From Chryseolinea sp. (lineage in GTDB: Bacteria > Bacteroidota > Bacteroidia > Cytophagales > Cyclobacteriaceae): a stretch of 64,000 nt of DNA. This document shows, piece after piece, positions 28,989 to 38,399 of this stretch; within the stretch, counting starts at the first letter, position 1; the number at the start of each line of letters is the position of its first letter. Location: NCBI GenBank assembly GCA_041737945.1, contig JBGSQQ010000030.1, forward strand, positions 139,253 through 203,252. Reading direction: 5' to 3'. The notes beneath the pieces were generated by a model. It was not told the DNA's origin and ran no database searches. It saw nothing but the letters and a program-made list of their open reading frames with translations. The translations under genes and the position numbers were made by a program.

Positions 28989-29205
28989 ACCTGGCGGTAG
29001 GCAGGCTTCACGCTCACGCACGACACCACGCTTCAGTTCGCAATGACGTTCCTTCCGTCATTGCGTGAAATGGTCAACGTACACGGAATCTCGACAAATC
29101 ATCATGTATAATTTCTATACATGAGAACCTTATCATGTATACTATTTATCATCATATTTACATGATAGCCTATCACGGACTCCCATAATTGCACCGTTAT
29201 GTCAC

Positions 29206-30225
29206 TCAATCTTCTATCTCGACCAGGTAAAGTGAATTCGAACCAATGAGGTAGACAATAGCTGTTTCATTGCGTATGAACGTTACATCCGTGAAGAGTA
29301 GTAGTTGAGGACTATGGATAAGATCTTTTTCTATTTTAGTAGTTATATCCAGAACCGATCCGAAAAACTGAAACTGGGGACAGTTACCATTCTGAGCAGG
29401 ATCTGTGCATCGCTGTTCCATAACCATTACCTTGTTGCCTGACTGGCTGACATAACGTATACCGAACCATTTCTGCCATCGGGCAATTCTCTGTTTTGTC
29501 GATTCATTGATTACTTCGAAACCATTGTCAGACAATGAGTACGAAAGAATACCTTCCGGACGCCAGCGCATAGTTCTAGGAGGAGCACCAAATGTGGGGG
29601 GGACAACCTCTGTAACTAATTCAACACTCTGCGTCTTAAGGTCGTAACTATAAAAATTGGCGTCTCGGATGAAAAGCAGCTTGCTGCCATCAGGTGAAAA
29701 TTGACAAGGCATGCCTTTAGTCAATGGCTTCTCTGTACCAGTGGCATATTCATACAGGTACATTGTATCTGAATCCCACGACAAATATTTTGCATAGGCA
29801 AAATGCTTTGAATTTATGGCCATGCGGCCTTGCTCACTTTTGATGCTATCAACAATGGCAGTTTTGAACGTCATGGTGGAAAGATTCAGCGCTGAGAGCA
29901 CACTAAAGTAGTCTACAAAATATAGGTTTGAATCCAAAACCATTCCACTCGAACCAATGCCTTGGGTGATTGAAAATTCCCTGCTATTTTTTGTCACCGG
30001 ATCAATCATTATTATGCCTGTTTCAGTGGCTAGAATGATTTCCGCAGTTTGCTCCGACCAGGTCATGAACCTGAACTCCTTAATATCTGAGCGAATCAGT
30101 GTTCCGTAATATGATGGAGGTGGAGGCTCAGGATTAGGCTGTTCGCTGCTGCATGAGTTAAGAAGTGCAATGCCAAGGATTGAGAGTAATAATAGACTGG
30201 ATGGTTGGGTGCTGAACTTCTTCAT
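29206..30225 (-). CDS. Hypothetical lipoprotein, probable beta-propeller (TolB/WD40-like)
   Basis: Lipobox LNSC; beta-rich, with a FSPDGSKLLF blade motif. Confidence 0.65.
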   Translation of the reverse strand: MKKFSTQPSSLLLLSILGIALLNSCSSEQPNPEPPPPSYYGTLIRSDIKEFRFMTWSEQTAEIILATETGIIMIDPVTKNSREFSITQGIGSSGMVLDSNLYFVDYFSVLSALNLSTMTFKTAIVDSIKSEQGRMAINSKHFAYAKYLSWDSDTMYLYEYATGTEKPLTKGMPCQFSPDGSKLLFIRDANFYSYDLKTQSVELVTEVVPPTFGAPPRTMRWRPEGILSYSLSDNGFEVINESTKQRIARWQKWFGIRYVSQSGNKVMVMEQRCTDPAQNGNCPQFQFFGSVLDITTKIEKDLIHSPQLLLFTDVTFIRNETAIVYLIGSNSLYLVEIED

Positions 30226-30318
30226 GGTTGCCTGTCAGCAAAAGTATTTCTTTTGTCAATAACAGATTAGTTCAATTTTTTCATTTATTGACAAAATTCC
30301 GTCATGGATCGCGAATCT

Positions 30319-30424
30319 GCGTGAGGGATAGTAGCGGAAAGCCCCCGATAGCCCTGGCGTAGGGTCGTGCGCATCGGGGACTTGTAGCGAATAGCCCGAC
30401 CCGAGCCTCGAGGGGCACGCCCAA
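30319..30424 (+). ncRNA. Flavo-1-like structured RNA motif
   Basis: GCGTGAGGGATAG.AGCGG...TAGCG..TAGCCCGACCC...GGGGCACGCCCAA, with pairings GCGTG/CACGC and CCCCGAT/ATCGGGG. It resembles the Bacteroidota Flavo-1 motif as recalled; not searched. Confidence 0.55.
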
Positions 30425-30515
30425 TGTCATCGTTGCGCTGGTGTACTATCTCAACAAACGATATATTCGTATCATTAATTAACCTGCTTTACCCGACGAC
30501 AAAAACATTTTCAAA

Positions 30516-32171
30516 ATGAAATATTCGCTCGCAGTGCTCTTCTTATTTTCAAGTCTAATCATGACTTTAGGTCAGACCAAAAGCCCGCTTGAAGATGTAG
30601 TGATAACATCCACAAAGAAAACAACCCTGGTGAGTACCAATGAAAAGGGTGAATTGCAGGTAAATGTGGCCCTTAAGGATGTCACCAAATTTAAAACCAG
30701 GGGATGGGTTCGCTATAGTGACTTTGGTGCCAAAGGCGACAGCAAAACGGATGATATCGATGCTATCGCTGCAACCCATGCATTTGCCAATCAGGAAAAT
30801 CTTTTGGTGAAAGCCGACGATGGAGCAACCTACTACATTGGAGGAAAGGAGCGAACGGCAGTCATCCGCACCGACACGGATTTCGGCAAGGCAGCTTTCA
30901 TCATTGACGATACCCAAGTCCAGGTCGAGAAGCGAACTGCACCTGTATTCAAGGTCAGTTCCAGCTTGATACCATTCAACCTTACGGGCATCACCTCCCT
31001 GAAAAGGAATCAGGAGAAAATCTCTGCCTCCTTGCCGGGAACCTGTCTGATTACGGTCACCAATGCCAACGTAAAGCGTTATATCCGCTTTGGACTGAAC
31101 CAAAATAATGGCGCTTCCCAAACCGATATTTTTGTGGTGGATAAAAACGGGAATGTGGATATGAACGCTCCCATCATCTGGGACTTCGACGAGATCACCG
31201 AAATCACCGCGCTACCCATGGACGCAAAGACGCTGAACATCAGCGGGGGCCGGTTCACCACAATCGCCAACAACGCAGAATCGAAGTACACGTATTATAG
31301 CAGAAACATTGAAATCAGGCGTTCGAATGTTATTGTAAACGGACTTGAACATCGCGTCACCGGCGAAGGAGATCATGGTGCTCCCTATGGCGGCTTCATC
31401 ACTATTCGTGACTGCTCTTATGTGACGGTTCAGAACACCGTCCTGACCGGGCACAAAACATACACTACCATCGGCGCAGCAGGGAAGCCAGTCACCATGG
31501 GCACGTACGACCTTTCAGTGAACCGTGCCCTCAATGTATCGTTCGTGAACTGCACGCAGACCAATGATATCAACGACAAAACATACTGGGGAATCCTGGG
31601 TTCCAACTATTGCAAAAATCTGCTGTATGACAAATGCATCTTGTCCCGGTTCGATGCCCACATGGGGGTTGCCAATGCCGCCATCCGCAACTCGACCCTT
31701 GGACATATGGGAATCAATGCCATAGGCAGCGGAGTATTCACGGTAGAGAATTCCACCATCAACGGCAGAAGCCTCATCAATCTGCGCAGCGATTATGGTA
31801 GTACCTGGCAGGGAGAATTTATTATCCGCAACTGCATCTTCGTGCCTGCAGGAGGAAGCTCGGCCAGTGCCAGCCTGATCAATGCTTCTAATTCCGGGCA
31901 GCATGATTTTGGATATACCTGTTATATGCCTGAACGGATCACTATCGAAAACCTTCGTATCGATGACGCCAATCATCCGGATGATTATAAGGGTCCTGCT
32001 ATTTTTTCAAATTTTAATCCGGAAATGACCGACGAATCCTATCAGGAGAAGTTTCCGCTTGTAAGAACGAGGGAAGTCATTCTCAGGAACGTGACCACTA
32101 CCAGTGGCAAGGAGTTGAGGCTGAGTGATAATCCTTTCCTGTTTAAGGATGTGAAGGTAGTCACTGATTAA
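30516..32171 (+). CDS. Secreted right-handed beta-helix (pectin-lyase-like) protein
   Basis: Signal peptide, YSDFGAKGDSKTDDI motif typical of Pectate_lyase_3-type N-termini, and Asn-rich beta-helix rungs. Confidence 0.7.
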   Translation: MKYSLAVLFLFSSLIMTLGQTKSPLEDVVITSTKKTTLVSTNEKGELQVNVALKDVTKFKTRGWVRYSDFGAKGDSKTDDIDAIAATHAFANQENLLVKADDGATYYIGGKERTAVIRTDTDFGKAAFIIDDTQVQVEKRTAPVFKVSSSLIPFNLTGITSLKRNQEKISASLPGTCLITVTNANVKRYIRFGLNQNNGASQTDIFVVDKNGNVDMNAPIIWDFDEITEITALPMDAKTLNISGGRFTTIANNAESKYTYYSRNIEIRRSNVIVNGLEHRVTGEGDHGAPYGGFITIRDCSYVTVQNTVLTGHKTYTTIGAAGKPVTMGTYDLSVNRALNVSFVNCTQTNDINDKTYWGILGSNYCKNLLYDKCILSRFDAHMGVANAAIRNSTLGHMGINAIGSGVFTVENSTINGRSLINLRSDYGSTWQGEFIIRNCIFVPAGGSSASASLINASNSGQHDFGYTCYMPERITIENLRIDDANHPDDYKGPAIFSNFNPEMTDESYQEKFPLVRTREVILRNVTTTSGKELRLSDNPFLFKDVKVVTD

Positions 32172-32232
32172 CGTTCGTCGCTTTTACCGGGTGGTTGTTG
32201 CAAATAAATCAAGCTGGTTTTAATTCTAACAG

Positions 32233-32842
32233 TATTGCAACTGAAGCCCTACCCAAATCAGTGTGTATCGTGGCGCGCCAAATGACATATGCTCATCCAT
32301 CTGAATTTTCCATGGCGCGCGGGCTCATGTTATTCTTTAGCGCCGGGTTTTACCCGGCGCTACCATATTTCGCCCCGATGGGGCTTTGCCTGCGCAGTAA
32401 TTGAAAGATGCTGAACCAGATGAGTTGATCATCTCGCCCAATCTTTGACAATTCCGGAAAAGATAGAATGATGAATTATAGTCGACTGATGAATAGCCCT
32501 CTCCTCCGGAGAGGGTTGGGTGAGGCCTCATTCGCATAAGCTCCGGCATATTACAGCTGAAACCCTACCCGAATCAGCGCGTATCGTTGCGCGCCAAATG
32601 ACATATGCTCATCCATCTGAATTTTCGATGGCGCGCGGGCTCATGTTATTCTTTAGCGCCGGGTTTTACCCGGCGCTACCATATTTCGCCCCGATGGGGC
32701 TTTGCCTGCGCAGTAATTGAAAGATGCTGAACCCGATGTGCTGATCATCTCGCCCAATCTTTGACAAATCCGGAAAAGACAGAATAATGAATTATAGTCG
32801 ACTGACGAATAGCCCTCTCCTCCGGAGAGGGTTGGGTGAGGC
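32233..32842 (+). repeat. Tandem duplication (316-bp period) of a 150-bp three-hairpin unit plus a 36-bp repeat
   Basis: Near-identical blocks start at 32233 and 32549; the 36-mers lie at 32491-32526 and 32807-32842. Confidence 0.92.
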
Positions 32843-32890
32843 TGGGCTGTTAGCCTTCAAAATCAGTGCGTATCGCTGCTGGATACTAAT

Positions 32891-32920
32891 AAAAAGTAAG
32901 GGCAGGTGTTTCACCTGCCC
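32891..32920 (-). terminator. Terminator of the T9SS peptidase gene
   Basis: Minus strand GGGCAGGTG-AAA-CACCTGCCC followed by TTACTTTTT. Confidence 0.8.
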
Positions 32921-32965
32921 AATGCTTAATGCTCAATGCCATTTGATCTAAACGGCCTAGCTGTT

Positions 32966-35900
32966 CTACTTCTTAATAAACTTCACAAGCCGCTGAGACC
33001 CATCGCGACTTACGACCTGAAGGACGTACACACCAGATTTGAGATCAACGGTACTAATACGTAACGACTGTGAATAAGTTCCTCTATAGACACTTTGTCC
33101 CTGTATGGTTTGAATATACAACATAGCATCTTTTGCGATCGTATCATCCATTTTAACGAACAGCTCATTTTCTACCGGCACTGGATAGATGGTTAAGCCT
33201 GACGTCTGTACTACAGAACCATCCTCTTCTGAAGTGGTTGCCAACATTCGGGCTGCGCTATTGTTGTTATCGCCAATGGTAAAGTGTATGGTGAGCGGCC
33301 GACCAACGTCTCCACCAGCTTCTGTGTCGGAATACGGGATGGCCTGAAGGGTGTACGCGCCAGCCTGGGGCATCCAGGGTTCGAAATAGGTTCCATAGTT
33401 ATCACCGGTGAGTGTATACGGGGCCGCATTTTGCAGACTGGTAAATTTGGTGTTTATGGAAAAAGTTACGCTACCTACCTGTCCCGTTGTATTGGCAACA
33501 ATCGTCTGACCGCTTGACCTCAGATCATCCGCATGGAGGATATCACCATCATGTAAACGACGCAGGACTTTCCCCGACGTATTGACGATATCATAACTGA
33601 CTACTGCACGCACACTTTCTTTAACGGTTAGATGTATCGTAAGGGACTTACCAGCGCCTCCACCGGCATCCGATGCTGAATACGGCGTAGCCGTAAGGGT
33701 GTAAGAGCCGGCCTCGGGTATCCATGGCTCGAAATAGGTTCCATAGTTGTCACCGGTGAGTGTATACGGGGACTCATTTTGCATTTTGAAAAAAGTACCA
33801 TTTACAAAAAACTCCACACTCCCTGGCTGTCCCGTTGTATTAGCAACAATGGTCTGGCCTGTCGCTTTCAAATCGTCCAATTCAAGGACATCACCTTCAT
33901 TTAAACGACGAAGAACCGTTCCGGAGGTATTGACGATATCATAACTGAGAACGGAAGTTTCGGGCATAACGGTAAAGCGTATGGTGAGCGACCCACCAGC
34001 GTCTCCACCGCCATCTGATTCGGAGTACGGCGTAGCGTTGATTGTGTAGGAGCCGGCGTCGGGTATCCATGGCTCGAAGTATGTACCATAGTTGTCACCC
34101 GTGAGTGTATACGGAGACTCATTTTGCATTTTGAAAAAAGTATCATTTAAGAAAAACTCCACGCTGCCGGGCTGTCCCGTTGTATTCGCAACAATGGTCT
34201 GTCCTGTGGCTTTCAGATCATCCAACTGGAGAACATCCCCTTCATTCAAATGACGAAGAACCGTTCCGGAAGTATTGACGATATCATAACTGAGAACAGA
34301 AGTTTCTGGCATAACAGTAATGTGTAAGGTTAGCGGCCCACCAGCGTCTCCACTGCCATCTGATTTGGAATACGGTGTGGCGCTGATTGTATAGGATCCG
34401 GCATCGGGTATCCATGGCTCGAAATAGGTTCCATTATTATCCCCGGTGAGTGTATACGGGGACTCATTTTGTATTTTAAAAAAAGTAGTATTTACAAAAA
34501 ACTCCACGCTCCCTGGCTGCCCCGTTGTATTCGCAACAATGGTCTGGCCTGTAGCCTTCATATCTTCCAACTGGAGAACATCGCCTTCATTTAAACGACG
34601 CAAAACCTGGCCGGAAGTATTTACGAGGTCATAACTGACCACGGCTAAAGAATTTGTTCCGGTTTCCTGAAGCTCAGCAATCCAGTAGTCATAGTCGCCC
34701 TTACTATTCTCACTTTTATCTCCGGAGGCATCAGAACGAGAATATCCTGCCAGCAGATAACCACCAGTGGGGGTGAGAATGGTACTTGTTAGAAAATCTA
34801 AAGAACTTCCTCCGATTGTCTTATCCCATACTTTGTTGCCCTGGTCATCAATTTTTAAAGCCCAGTAGTCTTCAACACCTTTGCTAGCCTCACTCTTATC
34901 TCCGGAGGTACCCGAGTTTGAATAACCCGCCAACAGATAGCCTCCGTCAGGGGCAGATACGACGCTGGCACAAACGTCAGAAGCATTTCCCCCATAAGTT
35001 TTATCCCATACTTTATTGCCGGTAGCATCTATTTTTACGACCCAAAAATCATTTTCGCCTTTCCTATTTTCGCTTTTATCTCCGGAAGCATCGGAAAAAG
35101 AATATCCTGCGAGCAGATAACCGCCGTCAGCGGTGAGAAGGGTGGCGGAAAGTTGATCATCACTAATTCCTCCCAGGGTTTTATCCCATACTTTGTTTCC
35201 CTGGTTGTCAAGTTTCACTACCCAGTAGTCCGTTCCACCTTTGTTATTCTCACTCTTATCACCTGAAATACCGGATCTGGAATATCCGCCCACCAGGCAG
35301 CCCCCGTCAGCGGAAGGCGATACACTTCGAAGTTCATCTTCTCTATTCCCGCCGATAGTTCTATCCCAAATTTTATTGCCTTGTCCATCAATTCTCACGA
35401 CCCAGTAGTCTATAATACCTTTGTTGTTTTCGCTCTTATCTCCGGAGGCACTGGATTCTGAGTAACCCGCCAACAGATAACCTCCACCGGGCATGGCGAT
35501 TCCACTAAAAAGTAAATCACCTCTATTCCCGCCATAGGTTTTGTCCCAAAGCTTATTACCCTGGTCGTCAATTTTTACTACCCAATAGTCAAAGAAACCT
35601 TTTCTATTTTCACTCTTATCGCCAGAGGCATTAGATTGCGAATAGCCTGCCAGCAGATAACCTCCACCAGGAGCGTGGATTACACTTCGAAGTTCGTCCG
35701 AATCAGCCCCTCCAAAGGTCTTGTCCCACAGCCTGTTTTTCTGAGCATCAACTTTTACAATCCAATAGTCGGATGCACCTCGGGTGTCCTCACTTTTATC
35801 TCCCGAAGCGTTCGAATTCGAGTGTCCTGCCAGCAAATAACCTCCATCGGCAGTCGCGATAACACTTCTAAGTTGGTCAGTACCCGCCCCTCCAAGGGTT

Positions 35901-37849
35901 TTGTTAGACAGTGTACCACTTATGCTTACCTGAAAGGATACAGTACGTGCGACGCCAACTTCGGAAGCATAAAAAGGTGTCGCGGTTAACGTGTATTCGC
36001 CAGGCAACAACGTTCTACCAATAAAATCGCCGTCGGAATCCCCAAACAGCCCATAGGGAGGTTCACTGTCCACCTGATGATGGGCTATCGGACCTTCGAG
36101 GCTGAACTCTACCCGCTCTATTATTCCAGACGATGTATTGGCACGAACACTGAATGTTTTTCCTTCCCATGCTGGCGGGTGGATAACCAGACCATCCGGT
36201 AATTCAGCAACGGCTTCATCTTTGTCGGCATCAATCAGTGTAAAACTTTCAACCGTAATTTTCTTTTCGCCAGGAATGTTGACACTTACGGCAGTAGAAA
36301 TAGTCTGAGCACCTGTTGGGTCCGTCAACTTAAGTCTGATCAGATAATTGCCCGGACTTGCATATTGATGCTGTACTGTCTTGTTCGTACTGGGTTCTGT
36401 ATCGAACTCGCCGTCGTTGTCTACATCCCAGGATGCCAGTAGTGATGACTGATTTTGATCCACGTCATATGACAGCGAAGCGTCCAACTCAATCGGCTGG
36501 TTCATTGCCGGAAATGCAGGATTAATTCTGATAAAGGGAACGGGCGCCTGGTTGTTTCCAACCGGCACATTAAACTGCACATCCACGCCGGTTTTGTTGC
36601 CCTGCATGTCCAGCACAAAGACCGTATACCGGTTGATTTCGCCTTGGGTGAAGTATGGAACGGCAAACGTGGCGTTCAATGCCGTAGTGCCTTTCAATAA
36701 CATTTCAGCGGCCATGTTTCCTCCGTGTGTCAGATAAGCGAAACTAAACCCATCAGGATCCGAAGCTTGAAACGAAATGCGAACAAGTCCCTGTTGGGGA
36801 GTAACAGATGGTTGAACAACAGGGGAAACAGAAGGGCCATCCGTTACCATTTTGTCGCTGTTAAAATAGTGACTCACGTTGAGATACAGCGCTGAGGCGT
36901 ATTCCAACCGGGTGAAGTCCTGCGGATACGTCTCCGGGAAAAGACTTCCCCGTGTTCCGCGTAATCCGTTGCCCATCAAATTGCCGTGGAAATTATCATC
37001 GTTCCGGTAGTCGTGTGACAGGCCGAAGCCATGGCCTGTCTCATGCCATAAGGCGCCTAGCCAGGACGATGCTACTGAACTAAAGGTCGTTCCTTCAAAC
37101 CAGGCAAATGTCACATCCTGTTTCATAGGATAAGGCCCAAGTTCGGGGAGCACTTTCCCATCGTACTGAGTTTCATCCGTGATTATTTCCGGGCGCAGGA
37201 AAGGCAAGGCATTACTGCTGATCATTGACAAACCAGGACTGTTACCTGAGCCTTCACCGGAACCCAACGCCACTCCTCCTGTCAAACTTCCATCGGGCAG
37301 CATCAAATGAGCTTCAGGAATTAGCACCCACACTTCGCCAGGGGCCCACAGTGAAATACCGGCATTACTAGCTGCCTGCTGGGCTCTTCCCCAAAGATCG
37401 CCACGCAAGTACTCATCGGTTTCGCTGACTTGTACCACGTGAATCAACGGGGTTACACCATCAGCTTCCGTTTCATACTTGTAGGTCTTCGGCCCAAAGC
37501 CATTCTGCTCCATTTGTTCTTTAAAGAATTGTTGTCCCGCTTTAATGGCATATTGCAAATTGGCCACACCATTAGGTTGGGGTGTGCGGTTTGACGGAAT
37601 CACATAGGCCACCCGTAGCATGGCTCCTGCGCTAGCTGCTCTCCTCACAAATGATGTCTGCTGAGGCGGTCGGACTTGACACGAGTCGGACGATGACAAG
37701 AAAACGGATGACTTCTGAGAGAAGGAAGCAAATACCACATGGGTTAAAAGAATTCCTGTCAGCAGTATTTTCTTTAGTGGAGCGAGTCGACATGCATGGC
37801 CAAAAGCAATTTCAAAAAGGCTCATTCGTGTGTGGATGGTAGGATTCAT
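32966..37849 (-). CDS. Multidomain T9SS type-A cargo: metzincin-like Zn peptidase, PKD, beta-propeller, Ig-like repeats and CTD
   Basis: HETGHGFGLSH (HExxHxxGxxH); PKD-like SWDVDNDGEFD...YASPGNY; eight ~51-aa WDKT.GG..D repeats; four ~114-aa repeats; C-terminal IYPVPVEN...LKSGVYVLQV...VKFIKK. Confidence 0.88.
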   Translation of the reverse strand: MNPTIHTRMSLFEIAFGHACRLAPLKKILLTGILLTHVVFASFSQKSSVFLSSSDSCQVRPPQQTSFVRRAASAGAMLRVAYVIPSNRTPQPNGVANLQYAIKAGQQFFKEQMEQNGFGPKTYKYETEADGVTPLIHVVQVSETDEYLRGDLWGRAQQAASNAGISLWAPGEVWVLIPEAHLMLPDGSLTGGVALGSGEGSGNSPGLSMISSNALPFLRPEIITDETQYDGKVLPELGPYPMKQDVTFAWFEGTTFSSVASSWLGALWHETGHGFGLSHDYRNDDNFHGNLMGNGLRGTRGSLFPETYPQDFTRLEYASALYLNVSHYFNSDKMVTDGPSVSPVVQPSVTPQQGLVRISFQASDPDGFSFAYLTHGGNMAAEMLLKGTTALNATFAVPYFTQGEINRYTVFVLDMQGNKTGVDVQFNVPVGNNQAPVPFIRINPAFPAMNQPIELDASLSYDVDQNQSSLLASWDVDNDGEFDTEPSTNKTVQHQYASPGNYLIRLKLTDPTGAQTISTAVSVNIPGEKKITVESFTLIDADKDEAVAELPDGLVIHPPAWEGKTFSVRANTSSGIIERVEFSLEGPIAHHQVDSEPPYGLFGDSDGDFIGRTLLPGEYTLTATPFYASEVGVARTVSFQVSISGTLSNKTLGGAGTDQLRSVIATADGGYLLAGHSNSNASGDKSEDTRGASDYWIVKVDAQKNRLWDKTFGGADSDELRSVIHAPGGGYLLAGYSQSNASGDKSENRKGFFDYWVVKIDDQGNKLWDKTYGGNRGDLLFSGIAMPGGGYLLAGYSESSASGDKSENNKGIIDYWVVRIDGQGNKIWDRTIGGNREDELRSVSPSADGGCLVGGYSRSGISGDKSENNKGGTDYWVVKLDNQGNKVWDKTLGGISDDQLSATLLTADGGYLLAGYSFSDASGDKSENRKGENDFWVVKIDATGNKVWDKTYGGNASDVCASVVSAPDGGYLLAGYSNSGTSGDKSEASKGVEDYWALKIDDQGNKVWDKTIGGSSLDFLTSTILTPTGGYLLAGYSRSDASGDKSENSKGDYDYWIAELQETGTNSLAVVSYDLVNTSGQVLRRLNEGDVLQLEDMKATGQTIVANTTGQPGSVEFFVNTTFFKIQNESPYTLTGDNNGTYFEPWIPDAGSYTISATPYSKSDGSGDAGGPLTLHITVMPETSVLSYDIVNTSGTVLRHLNEGDVLQLDDLKATGQTIVANTTGQPGSVEFFLNDTFFKMQNESPYTLTGDNYGTYFEPWIPDAGSYTINATPYSESDGGGDAGGSLTIRFTVMPETSVLSYDIVNTSGTVLRRLNEGDVLELDDLKATGQTIVANTTGQPGSVEFFVNGTFFKMQNESPYTLTGDNYGTYFEPWIPEAGSYTLTATPYSASDAGGGAGKSLTIHLTVKESVRAVVSYDIVNTSGKVLRRLHDGDILHADDLRSSGQTIVANTTGQVGSVTFSINTKFTSLQNAAPYTLTGDNYGTYFEPWMPQAGAYTLQAIPYSDTEAGGDVGRPLTIHFTIGDNNNSAARMLATTSEEDGSVVQTSGLTIYPVPVENELFVKMDDTIAKDAMLYIQTIQGQSVYRGTYSQSLRISTVDLKSGVYVLQVVSRDGSQRLVKFIKK

Positions 37850-38159
37850 ATAGACAGTTTGTTATTGTTGCCGGTAATTGATAGCATAGGTGATTTCCAG
37901 CAAGGCCTCCATTGGGGGTCTGATGTTCTTTTAGCGCGAATATTTACTTTAAAACTGCGTTGATCAGGTCATGATATCAATGAGGGTTCTCATTCTGTAG
38001 TGATGAAGTTTATCACGCGTATGTTGGCCGGAAGGTGAGAAACGTCATAGTTTGTGTGCTATATCCGTATTACATTGATTTATCCACGAAGACCTCGATT
38101 TTCTTATGATATCACTGGCGTCTGAAATGACGAGTGTGCTAATAAGAGATGTAGACGAT

Positions 38160-38296
38160 TTTGGCGTGCCCTCGTACAACCTTTCGCAGCCATTCATCAT
38201 GCTTGCTCGGGCCGGGCTTTCGGCACTCGCCAATCAACCCACGTGCTCCCGATAGCTATCGGGAGGGGCTCAGACAAATGCCTCAATCCCTCACGC
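38160..38296 (-). ncRNA. Second Flavo-1-like structured RNA motif
   Basis: Minus strand GCGTGAGGGATTGAGGC...GCCGAAAGCCCGGCCC...GGGCACGCCAAA. Its variable stem is the 20-bp palindrome CTCCCGATAGCTATCGGGAG (38246-38265). Confidence 0.5.
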
Positions 38297-38333
38297 GATT
38301 TGTTGGCAGGTGTTGCCAGTGCATGATTTTTGA

Positions 38334-38373
38334 GCCTGCCTGCCGGAGGTAGGGCCTGCCTGCCGGAGGTAGG
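38334..38373 (+). repeat. Tandem 20-bp GCCTGCCTGCCGGAGGTAGG repeat (CCTGCC..GGCAGG-type palindromic repeat)
   Basis: Exact copies at 38334-38353 and 38354-38373; related motifs at 38767, 39425 and in the IS4 flanks. Confidence 0.85.
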
Positions 38374-38399
38374 TGGGAGTGTGTTGCTATCTTGTGCTG

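Noticed and set aside
32195-32720. Repeated small ORFs ending SAGFYPALPY.APMGL (also 41100-41312) as real peptides
   Set aside because: They coincide with GC-rich palindromic repeats. Start positions differ between copies and the frame is not kept in the 38-39 kb copies.
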